Assembly: GCA_902780395.1 (NCBI GenBank) | Contig: CACZFH010000001.1 | Location: 13,762 to 77,761 of the forward strand | Source: an uncultured Erysipelotrichaceae bacterium | Lineage (GTDB): Bacteria; Bacillota_I; Bacilli_A; RF39; UBA660 | Direction of reading: 5' to 3' | Length of the DNA: 64,000 bases | In this document: positions 38,638 through 48,902 of the stretch, piece by piece | Layout: the number at the start of each line of letters is the position of its first letter | Position numbering within the stretch: position 1 is the stretch's first letter | Program-made: the position numbers and the translations under genes | Notes under the pieces: generated by a model | Seen by the model: the letters and a program-made list of their open reading frames with translations, nothing else | Database searches by the model: none | What the model was told of the DNA's origin: nothing

Positions 38638-39426
38638 TCAATCGCCAAATTTTATAATTGTATCCGTCTTACAATATATTTTTGGCCTCTTATTACTATT
38701 ATTATAACCTACTATTTTACAAAAATTCTTATCAAGACCATATATATCAAAGTCCCCAACATAATAAGATTCCCGCTTCATACAGCTATAATATAGTTCC
38801 CCTTTACGAACGCTAAGTCCTTCAATTCCAATATCATAAAGATCATTTTGTGTAATATCATCAGTTAACCAATAACCTTGATTTATGAGTTTATAGACTT
38901 CGGGATCAATAGAACCGTGGTTTCTATAATGCCTCATACTTTCAAAATCAATACAATCAAATATTACCACGTCATCCCACTTATCTAATAAAGTAGCATT
39001 TAAAGTTTTAACTGATCCAGTAGAATAATCAAGTACAAACTCAACAAATGTATATGTAGGATAGTTCTTCTTACAAAATACAATATAATTCTTATCCGAA
39101 GAACAAATAATATCATAATTAGTTCCTAAATCATTAATATTAATACCAATAAGAGACAATGCACTTTCTATAAAGTGTACCCACTGAGCTTGTTGATTAA
39201 GTTTATTCTTTCTATTCAATACTGTATTATCTATTATTTTCATTCCATCTAAAACAATAATATCATCATCTACAGTATACTCATAAACATGTGAATCTCT
39301 AGGATGTTTAACGAGTAATCGACCTCTATATATTAACTCATTCAAGAATTTTATTTCATTATCTAATGACCCACCTATTTTCCAAATATTAGAAAAATCA
39401 TCTTTTTTGGATTGATAATCAGTCAT
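38638..39426 (-). CDS. hypothetical protein
   Basis: Intact 262-aa ORF, no signal peptide, no recognisable motif; 8-nt gap to the M23 peptidase gene. Confidence 0.45.
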   Translation of the reverse strand: MTDYQSKKDDFSNIWKIGGSLDNEIKFLNELIYRGRLLVKHPRDSHVYEYTVDDDIIVLDGMKIIDNTVLNRKNKLNQQAQWVHFIESALSLIGININDLGTNYDIICSSDKNYIVFCKKNYPTYTFVEFVLDYSTGSVKTLNATLLDKWDDVVIFDCIDFESMRHYRNHGSIDPEVYKLINQGYWLTDDITQNDLYDIGIEGLSVRKGELYYSCMKRESYYVGDFDIYGLDKNFCKIVGYNNSNKRPKIYCKTDTIIKFGD

Positions 39427-39434
39427 AATAACAC

Positions 39435-40184
39435 CTAACTTCTAGAAGTCCAACTACCAGGAACAACTATATGACTACCTAATCCTAAGTAACCATCATT
39501 AATTCTTTTATTTCCATATACAAAGAAACTATTTAAGTTAGAGCAATTAGCATCATTTGAATCAAATAATGCACAATCAAGAACCGCTAAATGTAAATGT
39601 ACTCCCGTAGAATAACCAGTAGTTCCCATCCAACCAATAGGATCTAAATAAGAAACTGACTTACCTACATACAAACCTTCTTTATAACGTGATAAATGAA
39701 CATATTGAGATGTATACTTATGACCATTAATATCATGAAGAATTGTTACAATTAATGCCCCATACATATCTGTATAAATACCACTAATTACTCCATCATA
39801 GACAGGATATATTACCTCTCCACTACCTCTAGGACTCGTAATATCTAAAGCCATATGACCATAATGAGGATTTTGACTAATTATTCCCATTTCCGTAGGC
39901 AAATGCCAAGTAGGAGAAGGTAATACTGGTTTTTCTTCCTTCTCATTAGCAATTTCTTTAAAATGATAAGAAACATCATCTTTTCTATATAAGAATGATA
40001 ATGATGTACTAACACCTTGTAATTTTTCTGAAACATCTACAGCAGAAATATTTTTTATATTAATAGATTCATATGAAGTATTAATATCTAAACTTGAATA
40101 GTAATAATAAATTCTAGCTTCTAATGCAAATAAGAATAGAAAGATAGCAATAATCATTACAAATCTATCTCTTCGAATACTCAT
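39435..40184 (-). CDS. M23 family metallopeptidase (LytM-like) with N-terminal TM anchor
   Basis: HxxxD…HLHL pattern (MALDITSPRG … GVHLHLAV) and N-terminal hydrophobic helix. Confidence 0.8.
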   Translation of the reverse strand: MSIRRDRFVMIIAIFLFLFALEARIYYYYSSLDINTSYESINIKNISAVDVSEKLQGVSTSLSFLYRKDDVSYHFKEIANEKEEKPVLPSPTWHLPTEMGIISQNPHYGHMALDITSPRGSGEVIYPVYDGVISGIYTDMYGALIVTILHDINGHKYTSQYVHLSRYKEGLYVGKSVSYLDPIGWMGTTGYSTGVHLHLAVLDCALFDSNDANCSNLNSFFVYGNKRINDGYLGLGSHIVVPGSWTSRS

Positions 40185-40248
40185 ACAAATCCCCCCAAAA
40201 AGATGAGAATTATTATAATAAAAATATCAAAAAATGTCAAAAAAAAGA

Positions 40249-42168
40249 TTATCGACTCTTACGATAAATCTTTTTGCAATCGTTCAAAAACCAATCAATT
40301 GGATATTGAGAAGCATTCAATTCTTCAGCTCTTTTTTGAACCTCATTTTCTAATTTAGCTAATTCCAAATCAGTAGGTTGTTTATCACAACATACTTCTA
40401 AACAATGTTCATTTACAATAGCCGCTCCTTTTCTTAATTCAGATGCACAGCAACAATAATGATCTAAATGTAATCCATCATGTGACCCACTTAATGCATA
40501 TCCTCCAGTAGGATATACTTCCTTTAAAGAAGCTGCTATTTTCTTATATTGATTAATTCCATATATCTTCGGAAAACTCTTCACTTTATTTTGGACATTT
40601 TTATAATCTTCATTTTTATCCATAACTCGATATAGGCATGGATATCCATTTGTGGCAAAATAAGTTGCTACTCTATTCCCTAATAGAAGTATATTATCAT
40701 AAATAATTTTTTGAGCTCTAATATTATCTTCTTCTAGGCAAGAAACATCCCCTTGTTGATCTTTCAACTGATCATAGAATTCTACCTTCTTATATTTTTT
40801 AGCTAATATCCGATCTACTTCTTGTAGAGACATTAAAACATCTTGAATTTTTTCTTCCTTAGAACCATTTTTCAAAATAGTATTTACATCATCAAAAGAT
40901 AACTTTTTACTACTTTGAATAATAGATGGAAAGAAATATTCTTGAACAATTTCTCCATCAGAACTAATCTCAAAAAAATAACTTCTAGCATATTTATCTT
41001 GATTAGGAATTAAAGAAGCCTTTAAAGCAGCAAAAGAATAAGGAAAAATAGATATCATCTGATTAAAATCGTTTTTCTTATTTTGATATTTAACAGGTAA
41101 ATAGATATTTCTATTCCTAGAAATAGCTTCATCTACAATATTAGATTGATAAGGGAAATATCCTAAAACAGAAACAGAATGAATTCCTAGTAAATAATTA
41201 CCATTAGAAAGCTTTCGACAAGAGTAACCATCATCTAATACTAAAGCATTTTTCTTATCAATAGTAACTATTACTTCATCTACTCTCTTCCGCTTACTAT
41301 CATTAACACCAGGCAACAATTGAATCTGTTCTTCTATTTTTTTAGGAAAAATCATAGCTATTTGATATTGATCAGCAATCTGAATAATATTAGAAATCTG
41401 ATCATCATATTTTCTAATTCTTTCAACTAATTCTTTCAACGCTTGAATTTGTTGTGAATTAACTACCCCTTTTTCACTATAAAAAGAATCTATAGCATGA
41501 TAAATACTTTCTAAACAAGCTCTCTTTTCTTTTCTACTAATAATAAAATTTTTACGAGTTAATAGTAAAGTAATTAAATTATAATAATAATGAATATCTT
41601 GATTAGAGTTCTTTTTCATTGCCTCACAATAACGTTCTAACACATGTTGAATTATTCTTTTTCCATCTTTATCTTTAACATTGACCAAAGAAGGAACTTT
41701 TCCAATAGCAAATTCAATATAATCTAAATTTTTAATACTATCTATCAAATAATCCATAAACTCATATTGATTACTATTCTTTAAAATTGCACGATAAAGC
41801 ACATCTTCAATACAAGTTCTTAACTTTTCTAATTCTTTAGTAGCTCTTTGAACATCTTTAAACGATTGCTGCTTTTCAATCAAAACACAACTAATCTTTT
41901 CATCTATTTTAGCTAGTTTTCGATCAACAATTCCTCTATTTACATCATCATAGTTTTCCAAAATACTTTTAACATTATTAACAAGTTCACATACCTTATC
42001 TAAAGACTGTTCACCAGTAGTAGTATCAATTCCATAATGAATTACTTTAAAAAGAGAATCTAAAACAACATTTGAATCATGCGCAGCATAATTATAGATT
42101 TCTACTTCTCGAATTTTTCTACCAGTACCATTTATATATTGAATAAGTTTTTTTTCAACACGTCTCAT
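40249..42168 (-). CDS. RNB-domain 3'-5' exoribonuclease (RNase II/R family)
   Basis: RNB catalytic region VIVTIDKKNALVLDDGYSCRKLSNGNYLLGIHSVSVLGYF...AISRNRNIYLP. Confidence 0.7.
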   Translation of the reverse strand: MRRVEKKLIQYINGTGRKIREVEIYNYAAHDSNVVLDSLFKVIHYGIDTTTGEQSLDKVCELVNNVKSILENYDDVNRGIVDRKLAKIDEKISCVLIEKQQSFKDVQRATKELEKLRTCIEDVLYRAILKNSNQYEFMDYLIDSIKNLDYIEFAIGKVPSLVNVKDKDGKRIIQHVLERYCEAMKKNSNQDIHYYYNLITLLLTRKNFIISRKEKRACLESIYHAIDSFYSEKGVVNSQQIQALKELVERIRKYDDQISNIIQIADQYQIAMIFPKKIEEQIQLLPGVNDSKRKRVDEVIVTIDKKNALVLDDGYSCRKLSNGNYLLGIHSVSVLGYFPYQSNIVDEAISRNRNIYLPVKYQNKKNDFNQMISIFPYSFAALKASLIPNQDKYARSYFFEISSDGEIVQEYFFPSIIQSSKKLSFDDVNTILKNGSKEEKIQDVLMSLQEVDRILAKKYKKVEFYDQLKDQQGDVSCLEEDNIRAQKIIYDNILLLGNRVATYFATNGYPCLYRVMDKNEDYKNVQNKVKSFPKIYGINQYKKIAASLKEVYPTGGYALSGSHDGLHLDHYCCCASELRKGAAIVNEHCLEVCCDKQPTDLELAKLENEVQKRAEELNASQYPIDWFLNDCKKIYRKSR

Positions 42169-42171
42169 TCT

Positions 42172-43074
42172 TTAATTCCTCCTATTTTTACTAATTAATT
42201 CAAGTGAAATAGTCAATTGCTTGATTCTTTCTATGATTCTTCTAGCTTTTACTTTATCTACTCCAGAAGAAGTAATAGAAAGAGCTTTCTCTAATTCAGT
42301 CAAAGTCAAATTAGAAGTAAAAAAAGTTGGTAAATGATTTTCCATCCGGTATTGTAAAATCGGTCCTAATACTTCATCTCTAGACCAATTACTGCAATTT
42401 TCAGCACCAATATCATCTAGTAGTAATAAAGGTATCTTTTTTATATGATTAAATTTTTCATCATAATTAGTCGTAAAAGAAGACTTTAAACTTCTTAAAA
42501 ATTCAGGATAATAAATTAGAATACTTTGTACTCCTTTTTTAGCCATCTCATTAAATAAAGAAGCTATTAAATATGTTTTTCCCGAACCAAAAGAACCATT
42601 TAAATAAATACCTTTAGGTTTATCAACATCTTCATAATGATCCATAAACTCTTTAAAATACTTAATAATAGGCACTCTAGTCTTATCATCTTTATAAATA
42701 CTTTTAAAAGAAGCTTCTTTAATATCTTTTGGCATATCATATAAATCTAAATTATCTTTATAAGCATCTTCAGCCATTTTCTTTTGATTTTTTAAGCAAG
42801 CATCATAAGAAAACTGAATAATATTATCACTACAAATAGGAGTATATATATACCCCTTCATTTGATTCTTACAATATTCAAGTCCTTTACAATTCATGCA
42901 ATTCTTTTTTTCTACGAAAGCATCTTCTAAACCAGAAGTATACTTCATTAATACATCGTCTTTAACATTTAAACTTCTAACAAACTGAAAAAAATCAGGA
43001 TTACTACAAGCATCTTCAAAAGAATGAGTTAATTTATTAGTATCAGCATTATATATATCAGTAACTTTTTTCAT
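42172..43074 (-). CDS. dnaI: DnaI-like helicase loader (DnaC/IstB AAA+ family)
   Basis: N-terminal Cys cluster (CMNCKGLEYC), Walker A GSFGSGKT, Walker B LLLDDIGAE. The dnaI…thrS linkage matches B. subtilis. Confidence 0.65.
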   Translation of the reverse strand: MKKVTDIYNADTNKLTHSFEDACSNPDFFQFVRSLNVKDDVLMKYTSGLEDAFVEKKNCMNCKGLEYCKNQMKGYIYTPICSDNIIQFSYDACLKNQKKMAEDAYKDNLDLYDMPKDIKEASFKSIYKDDKTRVPIIKYFKEFMDHYEDVDKPKGIYLNGSFGSGKTYLIASLFNEMAKKGVQSILIYYPEFLRSLKSSFTTNYDEKFNHIKKIPLLLLDDIGAENCSNWSRDEVLGPILQYRMENHLPTFFTSNLTLTELEKALSITSSGVDKVKARRIIERIKQLTISLELISKNRRN

Positions 43075-43168
43075 AACCCATCACCCATAAAAACATTGTA
43101 ACGAATTATAAAAAAAAAGTCCATATTATTATCATTATTTGACAAAGAAAAAAGAAGATAAAAATCTT

Positions 43169-44176
43169 CTATATCAAACTTTTCCTCATAAAGGACTCTA
43201 CATCTTTATCAATATATAAATCAATAACTCCCTTATTAACAATCTTTATAAAGCCTAATCCACTAATAACCAAATCTTCATCATATTTTACTTGATACGT
43301 AATCTTATTCTTATCCTTTAAATCATCATGTTGAATAATATTAAGAAACCGCTTAACTCTCAAATCATTAGATATAAACAAAGTAAAACTATTCTTTTCT
43401 CCCTCAACATAATCAATACGTACTAAATCTTCAATTACCAGAGATTGATTTTTACGAAGTTGATAAGTACGAGGCTTTATTTCTTTTTTAGGAGATATTT
43501 TTTTAACCATTTTTTCATCAACATGATTTAATATTGAACCGACATCTACTAATCCTGGAGTATCAATCAAAGTAAGATGCTCATTAATATCAATATGCAC
43601 CATATTTAAAGTTGTAGATGGTAATGGACTCATAGTTAACTCCTGATTATTATCAGAATAATTATGAATCAATTGATTAATCAAACTACTCTTACCAGCA
43701 TTAGTATGTCCCACAACATATACATTTTTACTAGTTTGATGATACTTAATCTTTTTTAATAAAGTATCAATATTATAATTCTTATTAACAGATATAACTA
43801 TTACATCTTCAAAATGAATATCTTTAGATTCTAAATATTGAATCAATTTCGTTTCTTTTACCGATTTTGGCAAAACATCTATCTTATTAAGAACTAAGAT
43901 CATTTTATTACTCATCATATTACGAATCTCTTCTATATTCTTTTCTAAATTTAACAAATCCGTAACATATACAACTAAATCATTCGTTTTTGAAACAGTC
44001 TCTAATATTTTTAAATATTCTTCATTTGATTTAACAACAACCTGATATTCTCCATAATTTCTCATTCGAAAACATCTCTGGCATAAATCATTATCTAAAC
44101 TAGTAGTATATCCTTCTTGTAAAACATTCTGATCCTGCAGTAAAATACCACATCCTTGACAATGCTTTTCATTCAT
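43169..44176 (-). CDS. yqeH: ribosome biogenesis GTPase YqeH
   Basis: N-terminal CQGCG…CQRC zinc motif and circularly permuted GTPase motifs (NKID…, GHTNAGKSSLIN, DTPG). Start at 44176; the ORF-track extension overlaps yqeG. Confidence 0.8.
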   Translation of the reverse strand: MNEKHCQGCGILLQDQNVLQEGYTTSLDNDLCQRCFRMRNYGEYQVVVKSNEEYLKILETVSKTNDLVVYVTDLLNLEKNIEEIRNMMSNKMILVLNKIDVLPKSVKETKLIQYLESKDIHFEDVIVISVNKNYNIDTLLKKIKYHQTSKNVYVVGHTNAGKSSLINQLIHNYSDNNQELTMSPLPSTTLNMVHIDINEHLTLIDTPGLVDVGSILNHVDEKMVKKISPKKEIKPRTYQLRKNQSLVIEDLVRIDYVEGEKNSFTLFISNDLRVKRFLNIIQHDDLKDKNKITYQVKYDEDLVISGLGFIKIVNKGVIDLYIDKDVESFMRKSLI

Positions 44177-44687
44177 AATAGTGTCCCCTCTCAAATAATC
44201 CTCTTTTTTCATATTTCTTTATAATAAAAGCTTCCAATTTACGATTTAAACCCGTAATCTTCAAATCTTTTTTTCCCATTGGATCTACCAATATAGTATA
44301 AATATGGAATCGATTACCAGCTATAATATCAGTTATTATCTGATCACCTATCATACACATTTCTTTTTTCTTTAAATGATACTTTGTTTTAATAATAAAT
44401 AAACTTCTAATAGATGGTTTCAAACTCCAGCTAATTCCATCAATTCCAAGTTCTTCTAAATATGGTTTTAATCTTTTTCTAGTATTATTAGAACTAATAA
44501 CTACAATAAAATCTTTTTGCAATTTCTTTATAAGTTTCTTAGTCTCATCAGGACACCTTTTATGAGAAAGTAACCCCAAAGTATTGTCTAAATCAAATAC
44601 TAAACAACGAATACCTTTTTCCTTTAAAGTGTCATAAGAAATATCAAAAATACTTTTCTGATAACTCTTTGGTCTAAATATTCCCAT
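44169..44687 (-). CDS. yqeG: HAD-superfamily phosphatase YqeG
   Basis: LVFDLDNTL motif I, SNN and GDQIITD motifs; conserved yqeG-yqeH pair. Confidence 0.8.
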   Translation of the reverse strand: MGIFRPKSYQKSIFDISYDTLKEKGIRCLVFDLDNTLGLLSHKRCPDETKKLIKKLQKDFIVVISSNNTRKRLKPYLEELGIDGISWSLKPSIRSLFIIKTKYHLKKKEMCMIGDQIITDIIAGNRFHIYTILVDPMGKKDLKITGLNRKLEAFIIKKYEKRGLFERGHYYE

Positions 44688-44717
44688 AAAATCACTCCTT
44701 TCGTATTATCTCCTTCA

Positions 44718-46175
44718 TCAATTATTAACTCTTTGAGTAATCATATCAGTATCCATAGTGATTTTTTCAAAAGTATAACCATTCTCTTTTCCAAAACGAA
44801 TAATATCCCTTAAAGCATCTCTTGTATAAGTCTTAATATCATGCATTAATACCATATTAACTCGATCATATCGTAACGCATTAACTACATTATTATATAT
44901 TTGACTAGGAGCTGGACTTCCACCAGCAGCATCTCCACTACTAACATTCCAATCATAATAACGAAATCCTCTATTTTGCACTTCTTGAGTTAATCTTGAC
45001 ATTATCCCATTAGAATATCTTCTACTAATAGTATTACTACTTCCACCAGGAAAACGAATAATTTTACTCTCATACCCAGTAATCCGTTTTACCCTCTCTT
45101 GAACAGAATATAAATCATTAAAATATGCTTCATCTGATGCATATAAAATAGCATAATTATGAGAAGCTGTATGTAAAGCTACTGTATGTCCTTCATCATA
45201 CTCTCTTTTAATTAATTCATCAGGTCCTTTATTAGTAACAAAGAAAGTAGCTTTAACACCCTCTTCTTTTAAAATATTTAAAATAACATCCGTAGTACCA
45301 CTATTAGGTCCATCATCAAATGTTAAATAAATAATTCCTCGCCCCTGCTCTTTTACATGAACATTCCGCTTAACACTTACCTTATTATGGAAATTATCTT
45401 CAACAGAATAAGTAATCTCATAAGTACCTACCTGATTAGTATTAACTGAACCATCTATAACTACTTTAGAAGAGATATCTTTATCACAATTGTCCGAAAC
45501 AGAAACTCCCAACTCTTCATACCCATTTCCTACAAAAACAGAAACATCTTCACTACCATTTAGAGTAATAATAGGAGCTTCCTTATCACCAAAAATAATC
45601 TTTTTAGTAACACTTTCACAATTCCTACTCTTATCACATACTTTATAAGTAATAGCATCTCTTTCCTTTGAAATCACATTTTCAACCTGTTCTGATAAAT
45701 CCTTATCATAATTATCAGATACCTCAACCTTTTCAGGAACAATCTCATCGCCAGGACATAAATAGATATCCCGATCATCTATATTCATCTTAGGTTTTTC
45801 TAAGTCCTTCACAACAATTGTACGCACAACTTTCTTCTTAAAAAAGCCTTCCTTTACCACATATTCTATATTATAAGTGCCTAATTTATTTGAGTTAACC
45901 TTTCCCTTAACAACTACATCTTTTGTAACATCATTTCCTAAAAAAGATGCTTTAAATCCCTTCTCAGAATACTTTTTTTGATAAGCTAAAACAACACTCT
46001 TTTTTCCCACTAAATGAATCTGTGGTAAAAAGATATATTGATATGCCAAAAATCCTCCTACTACTAAAAACAAAAGAAAAAAGCACACTAAAAAACGTCC
46101 ACTTAAAAATCTTTTCTTTTTAATAAAACGATTAATTTTTCTCTTCCATCTAATTTTATCGCCCACAACAATCAC
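44718..46175 (-). CDS. membrane-anchored polysaccharide deacetylase (CE4) with tandem Ig-like domains
   Basis: TM helix, three ~70-aa Ig-like repeats (…GTYNIEYVV…, …ITYKVCDKS…, …GTYEITYSVEDN…), and a C-terminal NodB domain (IYLTFDDGPN…HTASH). Confidence 0.7.
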   Translation of the reverse strand: MIVVGDKIRWKRKINRFIKKKRFLSGRFLVCFFLLFLVVGGFLAYQYIFLPQIHLVGKKSVVLAYQKKYSEKGFKASFLGNDVTKDVVVKGKVNSNKLGTYNIEYVVKEGFFKKKVVRTIVVKDLEKPKMNIDDRDIYLCPGDEIVPEKVEVSDNYDKDLSEQVENVISKERDAITYKVCDKSRNCESVTKKIIFGDKEAPIITLNGSEDVSVFVGNGYEELGVSVSDNCDKDISSKVVIDGSVNTNQVGTYEITYSVEDNFHNKVSVKRNVHVKEQGRGIIYLTFDDGPNSGTTDVILNILKEEGVKATFFVTNKGPDELIKREYDEGHTVALHTASHNYAILYASDEAYFNDLYSVQERVKRITGYESKIIRFPGGSSNTISRRYSNGIMSRLTQEVQNRGFRYYDWNVSSGDAAGGSPAPSQIYNNVVNALRYDRVNMVLMHDIKTYTRDALRDIIRFGKENGYTFEKITMDTDMITQRVNN

Positions 46176-46219
46176 ACTCTACTTAAATTATATAAAAAAT
46201 AGAGTTATTTGTAAAGTTA

Positions 46220-46906
46220 TCAATCTCTTTGATTTTTAATAAATTCTCTCAACAATTTTGTCAAAGCTCTTTTTTCAATTCTAGAAACATAACTTCTCGA
46301 AATCCCTAATTTTTTAGATATCTTTTTTTGCGTTTTTTCTTCATTTTCCAACAACCCATATCTTTCCATAATAATCTTTTTCTCTCTTTCTGTTAAAACA
46401 TGCATATATTGATATAACTTCTGAATATTATCTTTTAAATCTATATCATCACAAAAATCCGTATCTTCACTCTGAATCACATCAGAAATAGCTATTTCAT
46501 TTCCATCTTTATCATAACCAACCGTTTCATTGATAGAGATATCCTTAGTATACTTATTATTCTTTCGAAAATACATTAATATTTCATTTTCAATACATCT
46601 AGCACAATATGTAGTTATTTTAACACTCTTATCAGGAACAAACGTATCTACTCCCTTAATTAAACCAATAGTCCCAATACTAATCAAATCATCCATGTCT
46701 ACATATTTAGAATCATATTTTTTAGCAATATGCGCAACCAATCTTAAATTATGTTCAATTAACTTATTTCGACATTCAATATCTCCTTGCATTTTACCTA
46801 AAATACACTTTTCTTCTTCATCACTATCTAAAGGATCTTTAAATACCTCATTAGAATAACTCCCCATAAAACAAAAAATATGACGGAGTAAAAATAAAAA
46901 AAACAT
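46220..46906 (-). CDS. sigK: sporulation sigma factor pro-sigma-K (uninterrupted gene)
   Basis: Hydrophobic pro-sequence MFFLFLLRHIFCFMGSY; GDIECRNKLIEHNLRLVAHIAKKY and TYCARCIENEILMYFR nearly identical to B. subtilis SigK regions 2.x; region 4 ISRSYVSRIEKRAL. Confidence 0.85.
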   Translation of the reverse strand: MFFLFLLRHIFCFMGSYSNEVFKDPLDSDEEEKCILGKMQGDIECRNKLIEHNLRLVAHIAKKYDSKYVDMDDLISIGTIGLIKGVDTFVPDKSVKITTYCARCIENEILMYFRKNNKYTKDISINETVGYDKDGNEIAISDVIQSEDTDFCDDIDLKDNIQKLYQYMHVLTEREKKIIMERYGLLENEEKTQKKISKKLGISRSYVSRIEKRALTKLLREFIKNQRD

Positions 46907-46946
46907 ATAATCACCTAATTAATTATATGTTTTATATTGTCGAATA

Positions 46947-48356
46947 TTATTTTTTAAAGAATTTATCAATTACTACATGATAACTTGATAATAAAAAACT
47001 CTTATTAATCAACACTGCATAAATAGATACACCTATCAAATTAATAATATTATAATACATATTATTTTGATAATACAAAGTAATAGCAAAAGTAAACAAC
47101 AAGATAGTTTTTATAATAAGTCCCTTTTCAAGAGTAATATGAATATACTTTTTTAAATCAATATGACGATAAATCATCATTACAAAATATGAAATAGCTG
47201 TAGATAAAGCCGCAGCATAAAGACCTATCTTTTTAATAAATAACACATTAATTACAATATTAATAATAGCTCCTAAAATAGCCGTAGAAGCAACTTGCTT
47301 CGATAGTTTTTTAGCCAAATACACTTGACTATATAAACAAATAGCAACATTAAAGACCGTACCTAATACTAAAAAAGGGATATATTGATAGGCTTCTTGA
47401 AATTTAGCATTTATAAAAAGTGGGAACAAAAATGGCATACAAGCAATCATACCAGCTCCCATAGAAGTAAATAGTTTAATAACAGTATTAGTAATATCAG
47501 AAAAAAACTCATCTCGATCAGGACTATTAATATGTAAAGCAGCACTCTCACTCCAACTTAAATTAAATACACCTGTCAAACTAGAAATAATCGTTGGAAA
47601 CTTATTACTAATAGCATATAAACCATTAGCCCCTGCTCCTAATACAAAAGCAATAATACTACGATCACTAGCATTAACAATCCACCAACTAACGCCATTA
47701 GGAATTAACGGAATAGAATAACGATTCATATCTTTAATAAGCTTTTTATCAACTAATGAAAAGTCAATGTAATTATACATTTTAATTCGTAAGAATAAAT
47801 AAAGAGCACAAATAAAATTAGCCAAAGCCATAGAGAAAATCATTCCCTCAGCACCTTTATGTAAATAACAAATCATAACAATATTTGATAATATTGTAGT
47901 AATTCCAGTTAAAATACAACTAATAGAAAAATCAACCGTACGTCCAAACCCTCTTGCTATTTGTAAAAAATTACCAGATAATACACAAACAATTGCATCA
48001 AATAATATTAAAAAACGAAAAGGTATCACAACAAAACTAGTAATTATTAAATATAATAAAGTAAAGCTAGATAAACTAATTCCTAAAATAAAGAAATTAT
48101 TACTCATCAATACCTTAGTATCTTTCTCTTTTCCCCTAACATCAATTAAATAGCGAAATACACTCATCTCTAATTCCAAAGTAACAATAGGAACTAATAA
48201 GGTAATATAAGTTTGAACTAAATCAACTAACCCATATTCACTAGTAGCTAAATAAGCTGTATATAATGGTAATAAAAAATATGAGATTAATTGGGTACAA
48301 ACTCTCCCAAAGAAAATAATTAATGTATTCTTAGCCAGTTGTTTTTTCTTATTCAT
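46947..48356 (-). CDS. MOP-superfamily polysaccharide flippase (SpoVB/Wzx-like), 14 TM
   Basis: Polytopic membrane protein with the polysaccharide-biosynthesis-protein architecture; adjacent to sigK. Confidence 0.65.
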   Translation of the reverse strand: MNKKKQLAKNTLIIFFGRVCTQLISYFLLPLYTAYLATSEYGLVDLVQTYITLLVPIVTLELEMSVFRYLIDVRGKEKDTKVLMSNNFFILGISLSSFTLLYLIITSFVVIPFRFLILFDAIVCVLSGNFLQIARGFGRTVDFSISCILTGITTILSNIVMICYLHKGAEGMIFSMALANFICALYLFLRIKMYNYIDFSLVDKKLIKDMNRYSIPLIPNGVSWWIVNASDRSIIAFVLGAGANGLYAISNKFPTIISSLTGVFNLSWSESAALHINSPDRDEFFSDITNTVIKLFTSMGAGMIACMPFLFPLFINAKFQEAYQYIPFLVLGTVFNVAICLYSQVYLAKKLSKQVASTAILGAIINIVINVLFIKKIGLYAAALSTAISYFVMMIYRHIDLKKYIHITLEKGLIIKTILLFTFAITLYYQNNMYYNIINLIGVSIYAVLINKSFLLSSYHVVIDKFFKK

Positions 48357-48804
48357 ATTTCTTCCTCCTTAAATAATAATAATAAAGACTAAATATCCCC
48401 AAACTACCTCCTATAGTATCAATCAAAACATCAATAACTTCACCACTTCTACCAGAAACAAACAATTGATGAATCTCATCACTACAAGCATATAATAATA
48501 CAAAAAGAATACTAAAAAAAATTCCCTTTCTATCAATAAGATTATATTCTTTTAATAAAGAAAGAAAAGAAAATCCTAATAAGAAATAAATCATAAAATG
48601 AGCCCCTTTTCTAACAGGAGTAACATATTTTTCACGAATCATTTCTCTTTCTTCAAAAGATATCTCTCTTCTAAGAATAATATCACTAACTATATCTATA
48701 ATAGAATTACTTTTACCAGTAGAGGCCTCTCCTTGATCCATCGAAAAAGAAAAAATAAGAACCATCCAAAATACGACTAAAATAATTTTAAATAGCTTCT
48801 TCAT
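48349..48804 (-). CDS. VanZ-like membrane protein
   Basis: ~150 aa, 4 TM, pattern typical of the VanZ family; overlaps the flippase start by 8 nt. Confidence 0.55.
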   Translation of the reverse strand: MKKLFKIILVVFWMVLIFSFSMDQGEASTGKSNSIIDIVSDIILRREISFEEREMIREKYVTPVRKGAHFMIYFLLGFSFLSLLKEYNLIDRKGIFFSILFVLLYACSDEIHQLFVSGRSGEVIDVLIDTIGGSLGIFSLYYYYLRRKKYE

Positions 48805-48902
48805 TTTAATTCACCACTACTATTATATCACGTATCTCAAAGAAAATAAAAAATAGATATTCAAATCTATTTTCTTTTTGCATAACCATTGTCAAAGTCT
48901 TT

